Assembly: GCA_946965045.2 (NCBI GenBank)
Contig: OX337239.1
Location: forward strand, 2,542,001 to 2,606,000
Reading direction: 5' to 3'
DNA: 64,000 bases
Origin: Epithemia pelagica
Lineage: Eukaryota > Protista > Bacillariophyta
This document shows, piece by piece, positions 1 to 13,346 of this stretch. Position 1 is the first letter of the stretch. Every line of letters starts with the position of its first letter. A program made the position numbers and the translations under genes. Below the pieces are notes generated by a model. That model was not told the DNA's origin, searched no databases, and saw only the letters and a list, made by a program, of their open reading frames with translations.

Positions 1-440
1 ATCCAGAATTGAATGTTCCCCAATTTGTCCTTGGCCAATTGTCCCAATTTTTCAACTTGATCGACATTGCTGACATCGCACTTGGTGTGAAAGACCTTGG
101 CACCTGTCACGGCTACCGATTCCAGAGCCTTGGCGGCCTCGCTGCAATCTTGAATGTCACAAATGACGACCGAATAGCCTCGTTGCAAAAATTCGGCTGC
201 ATAGGCAAACCCGACGCCATTGGCACCACCTGTAATCACGACGCCACCCATCGAAGGATCACTGGCCGGCGTGGAGCTAAAGAGCTGGTCCATAAAATAG
301 AGGGATGACGACGACGACGACGTGGTAGTTCGTCGGGTCGTCCAAGCTGGTGCAAAGGCCGTCGTCGTGGTGGAAACAGCCACCAAGACACTCAACAGAC
401 CAAGAAGCAGGGATGACCAAGATGGATTTGAAACTCTCAT
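1..440 (-). CDS. Plastid-targeted short-chain dehydrogenase/reductase, NOL/NYC1 (chlorophyll b reductase)-like; 5' part only, runs off the window
   Basis: Not in the ORF track. Manual translation from ATG at 440 gives MRVSNPSWSSLLLGLLSVLVAVSTTTTAFAP... (signal peptide plus AFAP motif), then VVITGGANGVGFAYAAEFLQRGYSVVICD (Rossmann TGxxxGxG), TKCDV and NIQFWI, just before the expected NNAG. Confidence 0.8.
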   Translation of the reverse strand, partial: MRVSNPSWSSLLLGLLSVLVAVSTTTTAFAPAWTTRRTTTSSSSSSLYFMDQLFSSTPASDPSMGGVVITGGANGVGFAYAAEFLQRGYSVVICDIQDCSEAAKALESVAVTGAKVFHTKCDVSNVDQVEKLGQLAKDKLGNIQFW

Positions 441-1692
441 GATCAATTGCTATTGCCTTGTATCTTGTATCGCCTTTGTTTTTACTCGAGACGGACTCTT
501 TCTTTCATCAATTTTCTTCTTTCTTGAAGCAATCTCGCAAATCCTTTTGTCGGTCTCGGGTCTCGGCACTCATCCATATCTTGTCATGTTCAAAAGAAAC
601 AGGTCGTCGGAAAACCACAGCGTCCCCATCATGAATCATCACACAGAATGGTTTAGCGTGTAGCAAGAATTCATGGAAGGGGGTGTAAAGCGTCCACGTC
701 ATAGCAAAATGTCCTCCACGTGGATCTATGCAGTCGCGAAAACTTTTCAGAAGGTACCGACGGAGGACGAACGAACAACACCCAACAAGCTTTCCAAGGT
801 TGGTTGGGATATTGAGGAAGATCCCAACCGGTCCACACGGGACTACCATGGTGTGGGAACAGGAACGTCGATCATGTCATGACGATGGAAACAAACTCTC
901 ATTCATTCTTCATGCAGCAGCTTTGGTCCAATAATTGTCTGGAAAATGTTCCAACAAAAGAGGCCTCCTCCTTACTTTGTGACGATAATCTCCTTCTTCC
1001 CCGTTAGTTTCATACACATGCACTCTATCATGCGCACAGGGTCTTGGTACCTCTATCTCTCTCTCGTTTGGCGCAGCGTCTCGTGGACCAGTAGCACGCT
1101 GAAACGATGCGTTCCTCGATGACACGAGTTTGAACAGGTCTGGTGAGAGTGTACGAGACTAGTCGACCTTCCACAGAGAGGCGCAGAAAGAACTTGCCAT
1201 GACAAGATTCGTTTCACGACTACAAACGAGAGTATCCAATGACTAGTTGGGGTTGTCTATCCATTTCGAAACATTGTTTGTCATTCGTATGGAGTTTACT
1301 CACGAAACCACCCGTGGTTGTGAGGCAAACTCATGCGTTCAGAAATATGTATGGCATACGGAATTCGGTGCGGCCGCATCGATGTGGCAAAGAGAACGAG
1401 GCGTTGAACGAATATCCACCCCGATACGCATCGTGTCGGTTGGAGTTCCAGATCTGTGCTTGTTTCTTTCTTCCAGGAGGAGTTACGAACCCCAAACCAT
1501 CTGTCGGAACACAACTACGGTATTTGTTTCTACAAGTTTGTGTGCTTCGTCCAACACCAATAACAACAACAGCATCCTTAGTCCTTAGACGAAAACCTAG
1601 GAGCGCTCCTTGGAAACCGCGAGAGAAAGTCTACGAGCTACTCCGTTTTGTTTATTCGTAAAAGGCGTGTTATGAGCCAGTCATCCGTAGCC

Positions 1693-3420
1693 TTAGCCAA
1701 ATCGAACATGAAAACGTTGTCCCCCGCCTCCACCACCACCGCCTCCTCCTTGATGAAACTGCTGATTAAAGAACTGGAAAGGGTTTGTATGATGATTGCC
1801 ACCGCCCCCTTGATTTTCAAAAACGGCTTCTCCACGATCATACTTGCCGCGCAATTCATCACTCGATAAAACTTCATATGCTTCACCAATGTCATGAAAC
1901 TTCTTTTCAGCTACTCGTTTGGCTTCCTCGTCTCCTGCTTCAACTTTGTCGGGATGCCATTGCAAAGCGAGTTTCCGATACGCGCTTTTAATTTCCTTGG
2001 ATGATGCTGTTCGAGCAACACCGAGGATCTTGTAGTAATTCTTCTCTTTGGACTGTTTCAGGGCCACATGAGCCTCTTTTAATTTGCTTTCAGCCTCTTT
2101 GGCCAAGTCAGAGTCCTTTGGAGCCAATTCCTGTGCCTTTTGGAATGACCGAACGGCATCCTCGTACTGATCAGCCATTTGCTGTGCCTCCCCGAGGGCC
2201 CACCAACCTTCGATTGACTGCTCATCCTCTTGAATGTAGGCATTGGCTTGTTGTATCGCCATGGTGTGCTCGCCTTTTTTGGAATAGGCTCGGATCAGAT
2301 TCAAGTGTACTTTCCGGTTAAAAACCATATGCTCAGGATCCATTGTCCGCGCTTTCGTGTACTGCTCAATGGCACCGTCAATTTGACCTTTTTCGAGAGC
2401 TTCATCTCCTTTCAACTTGGCCTTTTCAAGTTTCTTTACTAATCGATGACTTGCTTTGCATTGCTGGTGTTCCGGATCTGATTTGAGAGCTTCTCGATAA
2501 TGCAAGACTGCTTGTTCGTGTTCGCCCAATCGATAAAAGGCCATACCGCGTAGGTGCAGTGCGTCCAAGTGTTGTGATTGCAACTTGAGCAATTTTGCCG
2601 TATCCGACACAACACCATAATAATCTCCCAAATTATACAAAGACTGAGCCTTGGGCCACAACAAATCTGATCCATCCTCTACGAATTGCAAAGCATTCGA
2701 GTATGCCCGAACGGCGTCACTGTACCGATGTTCAAAAAACGCTCGTTCGCCTGCCTGGATAGCTTCGTGACACTGGGTTGCTGTTTCCAGGACAGACATA
2801 ATTGAATCATTTGAATGGGAAGTTTGTTGTTGTAGTTCAGCAACCGCCTGGTGGCATTGTCCCAGCTGAATCAAAAGTTTCGCTTTCAAGATGCGATACT
2901 CGGCCAGTGCTTTCTCTTTCTTGTCACTGTCATCCCTGTCCTTTGCGGCGGCCATCTCGATGGCACTTGTAAGAGAATCCAAGGCTTTCAAGTAGTTGTG
3001 TTGTCGGTGGTAAATCTTGTACAATCGGTAATAGTTGACATGATTGTCTGGTTCCAACGTGACGGCTTGATGTAAATATTCCAGTGCCTTGGACCAATCG
3101 CCGACAGAGAAGAGTTCTTCCGCCGCAGAGCGCAGTTTTCCGGGAGATGACGGAAATTTTGACGATCCAGACGCTGTTGTTGTATCTTCACCAGTGGTTG
3201 TCGTACGGGTTGGATTGGTTCCTTCCCCAGATACAACGGTCACTCCGCTCACCAAAAGTGGAAGCATGAGGAGCGCACCAGGCGCTTTCGTAATGCATGT
3301 TAAAAATGACCAAACAGAGCCGCTTAGAAAGGATAACAGAAACAACGTTGATGTCGCCCAAACAGCACTCCATTTACGGGTTGGTCCATCATCACGAACT
3401 CTCATTATCGGCATGGTCAT
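1693..3420 (-). CDS. DNAJC3: DNAJC3/P58IPK (ERdj6)-like TPR + J-domain co-chaperone
   Basis: 575-aa ORF with an N-terminal hydrophobic segment, multiple TPR repeats and a C-terminal J-domain (NYYKILGV...[13 protein letters not shown]...IGEAYEVLS). Confidence 0.88.
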   Translation of the reverse strand: MTMPIMRVRDDGPTRKWSAVWATSTLFLLSFLSGSVWSFLTCITKAPGALLMLPLLVSGVTVVSGEGTNPTRTTTTGEDTTTASGSSKFPSSPGKLRSAAEELFSVGDWSKALEYLHQAVTLEPDNHVNYYRLYKIYHRQHNYLKALDSLTSAIEMAAAKDRDDSDKKEKALAEYRILKAKLLIQLGQCHQAVAELQQQTSHSNDSIMSVLETATQCHEAIQAGERAFFEHRYSDAVRAYSNALQFVEDGSDLLWPKAQSLYNLGDYYGVVSDTAKLLKLQSQHLDALHLRGMAFYRLGEHEQAVLHYREALKSDPEHQQCKASHRLVKKLEKAKLKGDEALEKGQIDGAIEQYTKARTMDPEHMVFNRKVHLNLIRAYSKKGEHTMAIQQANAYIQEDEQSIEGWWALGEAQQMADQYEDAVRSFQKAQELAPKDSDLAKEAESKLKEAHVALKQSKEKNYYKILGVARTASSKEIKSAYRKLALQWHPDKVEAGDEEAKRVAEKKFHDIGEAYEVLSSDELRGKYDRGEAVFENQGGGGNHHTNPFQFFNQQFHQGGGGGGGGGGQRFHVRFG

Positions 3421-3650
3421 TTTGTTTTTTTGGAAAGATGTCTCGTCGCCTCGTAAGGATGATCAGTCGCTCTTAGGTCCTTCTTTCCTCTTCCCCAGCG
3501 GTTAGGAGTGAGGAGCACGATGAGCAATCGCGACGCGATTGAAAGAAGGGGATAACGGATAACGGTAAAGCGGGGTTTCATTTCAACCCTCTCGTCTCTC
3601 GTTGTCCTCGCACAAAACATCCAACCAAGTCTTCTGGAAGTCCACCCACC

Positions 3651-6600
3651 ATGTTCAAATCTGATCCGACTAGTAAGGAGCCACTTCAAAATGAGGACTC
3701 ATCGAATACTACGAATGCCAGAAATGACGGCATATCCCCTGCCACCACCGGTCAACATCAACATGCCCGACTTGGCTCGCCCATGTTGTCCGAAAACGAT
3801 CATCCAGAATCATCCACAACAACAACAACAGCTTCGTTGGCTTCCTCCATCAATGGCATGTTGCCCTTACAAAACCAGTGCAACAAAGAAGTTATTGATT
3901 TAGTTGACTCAGATGAGGAGCAAGATGACGGTCCCAGCAAACGACAAAAGACGCTGGATGCTCGGCAGACGTACGAATACCGGAAAAACCACGTTCCGGA
4001 CTGGATGAACACTCTCAGGCAAAAACCAGCTACCCACCGAAATCCAGCACTTTCTACTTCTTCCCTTCCACTCGTCGGAGTAAATAATCGTGTGGAACAA
4101 AGTTATCGACGGCCCAATCCAATGGTACCGTTCTCTTCCTCTTCCGCTCACAGTTCCTCTTCCAATGCCGGTTACCCCCACCAATCGCAGTATATTCGAC
4201 TTCCCCACGGATTTATACCGACATGGAACAACTTCCTTCCTGATCCTGCTACTCTGAATCAGTCTCGAAGGTCTGATCAACCACAAGAGCGCCATTTTCA
4301 ATTGAGTTTGCTAAATGTGAATGAGTTCACAATTGAAGGGTTGCCTGTACGATTTGATAGTCCTCCTACACCCCTAAATGGACTCAGGGTACCCATTCGG
4401 AAGATATCACGGGGCCATGGGAAGGCTGTATTTGATCAATCCAACACAGTTGAAAATGGTCATGAAGCGGATGAAGACGATGAAGATGGAGAAGGATTGA
4501 ACAAGTCTGCTCAACAGCGAAACGGAGGAGGTGGTCGGTGGCGAATCCCTTTGGGTGCATACCATGCCTTTTTGGCCTATCTAAAGTCAGATCCAAGGAC
4601 ACACGTTATTGGTATACCAGAACATCAATTGCAAATTGCCTCCTTGGAGCGTGCACGTCAAGAAAAAGGGTATCCGTCGGTCGAAGCGATCATTCAAGTT
4701 GGTGTTCCGAGAGGTCTCGCCACCGCTTTGGCACCGTTTCAGCGCGGAGGAGTGGACTTTGTGGTAACCAAAAATGGACGAGCACTAATTGCTGATGGTA
4801 GGGATTGCATTGTGTTGTGGTGAGCGAACTTGCAGATACTGCGAAAAACAAACTTACAACTGGTTTTCTCTTTTTTGTGGTTACTGGTCTGGGTCGGGCA
4901 CGAAATTTCAAGAAATGGTACGCTTTTACTTTGGTTCATAATAGTTCTCTATCGTTTTCGCTCGCCATTCACAGTTGTTTGTTTTGGTTCTCTTCAGGGG
5001 CTTGGAAAAACTGTTCAGGCGATAGCTAGTATGTCTGTGTATGCTGAAGAGTGGCCCTTGTTGGTGTTAACTCCCAGCACCGCGAGGTATCACTGGGAAA
5101 GTGAATTTGTGAGATGGTTGGGCATCAACAGCCATATTAACAAAGATGCTGCTGCTCCCACTGAACAACTCATACGAGAATCACAGATTCACGTTTTGAC
5201 TTCATCCAAAGATCAGATACTACCCAACAAAGACGTTCAGATTGTGATATGCTCCTACGGATTGGCCCCTACTCTAGCTGAAAATGGTGATTTGCGTCCT
5301 GGACAATTCAAATGTGCCATTGTTGACGAGTCCCACATGCTCAAAGGGAAGTCCACGAAACGAACCACTCTTTTGACACCTATATTAAGTTCAACAAACC
5401 GCTGCATTTTGCTTTCGGGGACACCTGCGCTGGCGCGACCGGCAGAGTTGTGGCCACAACTTTGTATTCTTGGGACGGAACAACACGGGTGGTGGGAAAA
5501 CGAAGCAGAATATTTGGATCGCTATGCCAAGAATGGCACCTCACGTACGCGAGCAGAGTTGCATGCATTGCTGACAGGAACGGTCATGATTCGAAGATTG
5601 AAAAACGACATTTTAGCAAGTATGAAACCAAAAGTTCGTCAGAAAACGCACTTGAACGTTATAACGCCCCATCAGGAGAATGATTTCAAACGTCTCTTGT
5701 ACCAGCTACGGCAAGGAAAAGGAGAACTTGCTCGATTGGCCCGGCATGGAGATGCTTCTTCCAGATATTCTGAAAATCTCTCGATTGCGAACGACGATGA
5801 CAGCTCGACGCGGTCAAATATTTTGAGTCGCCTGTACGGTCTCACTGGTGAAGTAAAGATCCCCGTCGTTGCACATATGCTCAATCGGTGGTTGGATGAC
5901 GCTACCATGGGCAAGCTTTGTATATTTGCTCATCATCTCAGTGTACTTGATTCCATTTCCAAACTTGCTTCTCTATCCAATGATGAGTCAAGTTCTCGGA
6001 AGTTCATTCGAATTGACGGCTCAACAATGCCAAAAGCTCGGCAAGAGCAAATAACAAAATTCCAAACTGATCCGACAATACGCGTGGCTCTTTTGGGAAT
6101 AACCGCAGCAGGAGTGGCTGTTACTCTGACTGCATCATCTACTGTTTGGTTTGCTGAACTATTCTGGACACCAGCCGTCATGATTCAAGCGGAGGATCGA
6201 TGTCACCGCATTGGCCAACAAGCACAAGTAGAATGCGTCTACTTTGTTGGTCGAGGGACGTTGGATGATATCCTGTGGAGACTATTGGAAAAGAAATTCC
6301 GGCAGCTCGGCGAATTTGTTGAAGGCAAAGAAAAAGAAAAAATGGTTATCCACAAGACATACCGAAGTGCGAAGGAATTTGAAACGCTGTTCGGAAGTAA
6401 GGATTTGATGCAAGATGGCGATGAAGCTGGTATTCCAAAGTGCGGCGATGATATTGGACCAACTTTGATTCCTCTCGATGCAAGTCTCGAACACGCCATA
6501 GAGCAATTGGGTGAGGATGAAATGCAAATGCTGAAAAGCCTGAACGACGATGATGAAGATGTAAATAAAACCGTCAACGAAAATTCAGTATTTTCAAGTG

Positions 6601-7208
6601 GTACTGGAATACAAAATGCGGAGACCACGAAGGAAACTCCTGGTTCATCACTGGATGCACCCATTCCCCTCTCCGACGACGAGGATGGCGACAACGAACC
6701 GTCTTCTTCCCATTGCGAGGCCGTAGGCACCTCCGGACCAAGTAGCAGTTTGGGTCGAGCTTCTGAATTATTTCAAAAACCTTTGAGGGGGTGTCGAATT
6801 TTTCGTGTAGCTTTTCCTGGAACTCATTTGGGGTTTTCCACATTCATGTTGAATGGACGGGCAGTTGTGCTGCAAACGCCTCCACAACCAAAGGATGCGG
6901 TCGTCAATCAAGGTCCTGTACTCGCTGTGGGAAACGTTCTGGTTATGATTAACAACTTTCCCGTACCGATAGAGAAGACGGGGACTCAAATCCATCGAAT
7001 GATTCAGAATGCACTCAAACAACCACCGTTGTACCTAGCGTTTGCCGATGATGCCGAAATCCGTGCGTACGTCGATGCACTCCTGTTATCGAAGAGAAGC
7101 CATTCAAATCAAAGTTCCGCGTTACCATCATATCAAACTAGCAGCATTGGTAGATCACAGAACACTGGGAGCAAGAAAGAAACGGAAGTGATTGAGTTAC
7201 TGGATTAG
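3651..7208 (+). CDS. SMARCAL1/ZRANB3-like SNF2-family annealing helicase; exons 3651-4797, 4913-4917, 4998-7208
   Basis: Spliced motif I is ALIADEMGLGKTVQAI. Also IVDESH (motif II), LLSGTP (III), MIRRLK, FIRIDGS and QAEDRCHRIGQ (VI). GT..AG introns at 4798-4912 and 4918-4997 keep the frame. Confidence 0.9.
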
Positions 7209-7590
7209 ACTTGCGTTACTATAATCACCATCTCCTAAGTTCACCATATTCGAATGTTTTGTTAATCATCATAGGTTTATCCATCGTTCTGAGGGATCGC
7301 GACATCATGTGTAACGTGGTGGTCGGCTAAGCGAATTGCAAAACGTATAGCTGGAACTGAGCAAATGACATTAATATGGTGCACATTGACAACAGAGTCG
7401 AAATTCAACATGACACTGACTGGGCTGACTCAGAAACAGAATCCTCGAAATCTCCACCATCCTGTTTTCTAGCATGCATGTTCTTGTGCGTGAACTGCTT
7501 GTATCAAACACAGCTGACATCCTTATACCACGGTAGATGCTCCTCAGTGTGACCTGAATACTTGAGCGTCGACAAAATATGCCTTCGATC

Positions 7591-10500
7591 TCAACTGTTT
7601 TTTCTCCAACCGGTAGCGTGCGACACGATGTATTGATACTTCCGACTATGTTCTCGAATAACGAGAGGTATGTCTTGTTCATGAATCATTTCGAACCCGT
7701 TTGACTCCATTATTTGTTTCAACGTATTCTTTGACCACACGGCTTCATTCTCATTCTCGTTTGAATAGTATCCACCGAGCCATTCGTCTCGGGGGGTAAA
7801 ATCTACCAACCAGCTGAACGGAGATATCAACACGACAACCCCTTGTTTCGCGACGACTGATGCCAACCCATTCAAACAAGCGACTGGATCTGAAAGTCGA
7901 CACAATAAGTTCGACATCAGAAGTCCGTCGTATGTCCCCAATAAACCTTGAGACTTCATCAAACCCAGTTTACATGCATCTCCAGTGAAAAAGTTAAGTT
8001 TCGACTTAACTTCATGGTTCACATCAGCAGCATGTACCGCCCGAACCAGTTCATGAATATCCGATTCCACTGAAACGCGAAAGTTCACCTCTTCTGTATC
8101 GTATTTCATCTTCTTGGCGACATCAATGAATGACTTGCTGTAGTCAAACGCATCCACAGAATGAAAGTGTTTAGCCAGCTCAAACGAGGCCCCACCCACC
8201 GCACAGCCAATGTCCAATGCAGAGGTGTTTTGGTCTCGAGGTAAAAGAGATACGAGAAGTTGTGCAATCCTTTGTGGATAAAATAGGCAGTGATCTGGTG
8301 AATTGCTGTGTGGTATGATTGGAGATACACCTTCGGTAGCTCCAGAATATGGATAATGAAGACCGAGGTACATTTGAAGACTCTCATCAGTTTCATACGT
8401 ATTGTGGTTCGTATCGTCGCATTGCTCTCGGTCCGTCGTCGATTTGTCAATAGGTAGATTCGTAACAGGTGGCTCGTGATTAGACGACACCAGGCGGAAA
8501 CCGGAATGTTGTAAGAAATGTGGTCGGAAATGGAATCGGGCGAAAACCGAGGCTTCATCGCCTGTACTTATGAATGACCCACCAACAATCATGTTGTGCT
8601 TGCCATCAAAACATGGAGTTGAAAAATCATCATAGAGGGGATGAACTTCAAAATTTTCCAGGGGATTAAAGTGATCTTCAACCCATTCCCACGAACTGCC
8701 ACTCACATCATGATGGCCAGAAGACGAAGGAGGGAATGCATCAACAGGCGTTTGTGAAGAAAACGCCAGATTCAAGTTGGCGCCAGAGTTCCCACAAGAA
8801 GCAATATGACCAGAATCATGCATGACTTTGTCACCAATAACACCCTTTCTAGCAGCTTCAAGATTGTACTCATCATGGCGGAGAACATGATGTTCTGCCT
8901 CTGTCAAGAGCCTAAGTGTGCTGCTCGATGTACCAGAAGGGACAGCTGTTTGAGCATGATTGATATCAACGCTCCGAAGTGCTTTCCAGCGACAGAAAGC
9001 TTGAGCCTCGTAGTAGTTCACCTGAATGCAAAATGAGATGTTCTCCTTTTAGCAAATGAATTTGAAATTCGGGTGCCAACCTTGCGCAAACATTCAATGT
9101 CGAAACTTACATCCACTGGCCAATCCCATGGCATGGGGATGGTGTGAAAAATAGTACGTAAATTGTATTCATGATAACCTTCCGGCCCCGTCGGAAGCCA
9201 GAAATAGGGCCATTTGGCATTCCGAAACGATTTCCACGCCCACCCCGCATCGCACCAATAAGCACGTGTGGAATATCCAGCACCATGCGACACAAATTCC
9301 CAAAATTCTCCATTGCTAATCATGTACTTACTTGCCGCAAATGGCGGAACTGTCCGCTCCCTTGTTCCGTATTCGTTGTCCCATCCAAACGAGGGGAAAT
9401 CTTTTGGTTTCCCCAAGAGGATATTCTTCTCTGAGGTGATATGGACCATTTCATTGCTTGGAAAATCTCGTCCCCGTATGGGCTGTGATGCTTTTCCATG
9501 TCGTGACCAAGCGGATTCATGCAGACTCGGCCAGAAATTTGGTGTTTGTACCAAGTGATGCGGTGTCTCCCGAAATAAGACTGAACTCGTTTCCATATGA
9601 ATTCGCTCGTGCTCCATGGACAGGAACAGTGCCCATAGAGGACTGTCCTGACTTATATGTACCGGCGTATCAACCAGAAAATGTTTCTCAATGACATCTT
9701 CTTTCACGGTCCTATACACCTGCTGACGATATTGCCACACCTGTAACACAGTGGGCCATTCCATGTCATTTTTGTCCATGTCGTCCCATAACATCTCGTC
9801 GACACCAACCTCAAAAATGGATTCAAAACGTGGATTGACAGGTTCCGACAAAAGGCCAGCAAGTCGCAACTTGTTGACGTACAAACAAGCAGTGTGGCCA
9901 TAATAAAAGATCTGAGGATGTCGCAAACCATGTGGTGCCGGTCTGTATTCAAATGTATCCGTTAGTGTCATAGGCAGGAATCGGGAGGGCTCAAAATCCC
10001 TCAACGCTCGACCATTCATGGAACGCACCGGTAAAATCCTTCCTCCCCATCCAAACCAGCAAATAACATTTCAAAAAGAGTCCATGTGTTATCAAAGTAC
10101 GCTTGAACCTGCTGTCGCGTTACACCCGACAAATTCAAAAGTGGAAGTGATCGCAAAGTGGTACCCGTCTCGTCTAGTCCTACAGTGTGCAAACATTCCA
10201 GAAGGCAACGAGTTTTGAAATCGTCCAATATTCGAACACGCAGAAGGAGTGAGGGCTCGGATCTGTGATGTACTCAGGCGTCACATTTCTCTTACCAGGA
10301 CAGTTCCGTGGATGAATTCCTGTAAACCAAGAATCAGGACGTGGACCTTTGAGCCAGGCATCTTGGTTGTCTCGTCCGAGATTCCGCTTCCAGACATTGG
10401 TAGAGACAGCCAATCTTGTGTTACGGCCATGATTCGTCACAGATGTTCTGGGATCTGTGACCGGCTTAGACCTTTCACCCACACACTTCAACTCACTGCC

Positions 10501-10683
10501 CGGATTATGTTTCGAGTCGAGGCTTGCATACCGTGCTTCTCTGGCCCAGGGAAACGATCGAGTGGGAGACAGTTGAACCATGGCTCCGGAACCTCGATTT
10601 ACACTAGGAATCAAGCGATAATGCGAAGGGATCAGGCAGTTCATCCGATTAGATACGACGGCGAGAGTGGATCGAAGTGTCAT
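7591..10683 (-). CDS. ovoA: OvoA, ovothiol biosynthesis 5-histidylcysteine sulfoxide synthase/methyltransferase; exons 10683-10296, 10179-10029, 9942-9111, 9021-7591 (933 aa)
   Basis: DinB-like RHPQIFYYGHT, Fe-binding EHERIHMETS (HX3HXE), FGE-sulfatase domain (FGWDNEYG, GGSFISTG) and C-terminal SAM methyltransferase (ALDIGCAVGG). Three GT-AG introns (10295-10180, 10028-9943, 9110-9022) restore one frame. The start codon is less certain. Confidence 0.92.
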
Positions 10684-11908
10684 GGTGTACCAATGTAGAG
10701 GACAAGACGAAATGAATTTTTATGCCACAAGACTGTCGGCTTCATCTGAGAATATCATGGTGCAGAATGGATCTTTCTGGATTCGATGGAGTTCAAGAAA
10801 TGTGCTGTTCATAGGCGCGCGTCATACCTCTGGGTTGTTAACGTCACACGAATACTAAATACTCCCCAAAGATACAAAGAAAGAAAGGTTTTACAATCTT
10901 CATTGTATTTTTTTGTAAATGAATCTCTGGGAAACAATTCCACGTGAGAGGAAAGGTCGCGGGAAACAATTTCTATCGTTCTACATGACAACTGCGGGTC
11001 GCGCCATTCTACTCCAGAATGGGTTCGGGTTATAACTTACCGGGATTGATTTACTCTTTCTCAATCACGGATAAACCGCTGGGGATTGATGCATACGAGA
11101 AGACAAAAACTCCACCCCCTAGCGGGGGTGGCTAAGAGGGTTTAATTTCGTGTAGCCACCCCCATCTCTTCTGGGTTGGATCTAGAGGGCCGGCATATTT
11201 CATTTCCTCCACCGCGATAACAACACGACAATCAAACTTTGTTGTTGCTGGTGACCTCCTATGACCACCCTATCATCATCCGACCATAGTGTGCTTCATA
11301 TGAGTACCATGGTAGTGCATCGTGAAGGGCACAGTGCATGAGTGCCACTCTAGCAAAAGGTGAAACATAGTGACCATGTAAGACGGCACGACACGAGACC
11401 ATGATGTCGCAAACTACATGAGAGAAGCTGTTTTGCCATCAACAAGCTACGTAACTACTACTGTTGTGTATGTTGTGTTCAACAAGTGTCCACAGTTGCA
11501 AGATACGTATCACATCGTCCCTTTGAGTCGCTTCGTTCGAAATTGTGAGACGTCGCTTCCGTATACCTGTGCCACGAGGCATGACGCCTGTGAGTCTGAT
11601 CCATAATGGCCTTACCTTCAAATTTTGGCCATACAGATGCATCCTACACTCGGCCGACAGGTTCGAAGTGCCAAAATAGGTGCACAACAACCAGTGCAAC
11701 ACATGGTCCGTGTTGTTATCGCGATGGCCGGAATGAGTTGAAATTGCCTTAAAAGCTTGTTCCGTCTCGGATTGCACTACTAATTGATTATCTACGTAAG
11801 CTAGCCTTTCTCGTACTAGGTCTCGTCAATGTCCCAAAAGGCTAGGTCGTTAGTCCAAACATCATTCCACCGAGATTTAGGGGAGGCGACATTCTCGTAG
11901 GTCAAAAT

Positions 11909-13148
11909 TCAGTTCTGGTAGTCACCATCATGACTCATCTCGTCCTCATCCACATCCACCTCTTGGACATCGGAGTCATCAGAATCATTGTAAGGGGCGA
12001 TGGTCCGTACCGTGCCTTGGTTTGCACGCTTTCGTTCCGGTTGCTTGGCGGCCTTGAGGAGTATCGAGAAAACAAACATCTTGGCAGCACCCCTGTGCTC
12101 CTTGGTGAAGTCTTTGTCCTTCGAACTGAAGGCTTGTAGTTTGTATTGCATATCTTCCTTCACACACTTGAAAGGTAACTTGACTTTCTGCTTTGCTACA
12201 AACTTTGGTTTGTCACCCTCATACGTTGCATGTTCCTGTTTGGCCCGGTCACAGAGTTGCTTGAACTCTGTGACCCTATGGTCCTCTTGCCCAAGATCAG
12301 GATGCGCCGACAACAGTCGACCTTTCTGGAAGAAATAGTTTGGCACAACAGAATCAACCTGGACTGCCATGCCATCATCCACCAGCCCGGGAGTGTAGGT
12401 CTTTGTGGACCCTCCTGGGACACACATGTCCACAGAACAGAACAGAGTATTAGAACTCTCAAACTAAGATACACAGTAGGGATGTGAAGCCGCTACTACC
12501 AGTTCCTTGAAAGCAGCACCACCACCACCCTTCTTAGGTGTCTTGGCCGGGGTGAGGCCCATCTTTTTGAACGCTTGAACCGCCTCCTCCATGCTGAAGC
12601 TGTTGATTTCGCTGTTGTTGTCTTCTACCTCTTCTTCTGCTGCACCAGATTCAACTGACGCCTCTTCAAGATCAATGGAGATGTCCTCCTCCTCCTCAGC
12701 CCCACTGTAGTCTCCGTCAAAAACTTCCTCGGCTTCGTCCTCGACAAGGTTGTTAACCTCTAGGCAATTTTGCTCTTCAGCAGCAACGGCTGATTCTATA
12801 ACAAAAGAAAGAAAGCAGTTAGAATCATGAAGCAACTTTCAACAATGGACACTTGCACTTACGCCGTTTACCAGCTCGGGCTTTCCGTGCCCCTGTCAAA
12901 GTCTGGTTAATATTCCAGGCTCTGGCTTTTTCGCGAAAGAGAGGGCCAAAATTCTTGTATGCCTTGTGGACGTCGGGCTTGCAGCGCTCGGGAAAGTGAG
13001 TGAGAAGGACTTTCTTCGCAGTGTTAACGGACGTGTCGTTGCTTTAAATTCCACCGTGGCTTGGACCCTTGCGAAAGAGTTCAGCGAGCTTGGCGTCGTC
13101 TTTCTTACTCCAAGCAGGTACTCTGTCGGTCGGTAGCACCACTTTCAT
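11909..13148 (-). pseudogene. Accessory (ORF2) gene of the PHIS-like element; one intron (12862-12796) and two in-frame stops
   Basis: MKVVLPTDRVPAWSKKDDAKLAELF... reads through a GT-AG intron into an acidic block and a C-terminal domain in one frame, with TAA at 13044-13046 and TAG at 12464-12466. Confidence 0.6.
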
Positions 13149-13346
13149 TTCATTGAGACACAAAATTTATGACGGCAAGAGATTGCGAGACAACGACGTG
13201 AAGTTCTTCTTCTGAGCACTCCGTTGTGTTTGTGTGACTGGCATGCTTGCAATCAGAAACGAGTTGACTTTCCCTCTCGCAGTCACACGGCATTGCAAGC
13301 AGGCGCGGTAACTGAAAAAACATAATTGGTCCGTTCAACGGAAAGA

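Noticed and set aside
9-663. Plus-strand ORFs 9-308 and 322-663, and the many short ORFs opposite real genes
   Set aside because: They are antisense shadows of the SDR and other genes or TE ORFs, with no motifs of their own.
508-1661. Short ORFs between the SDR and DNAJC3
   Set aside because: No recognisable domain or convincing splice structure; left unannotated.
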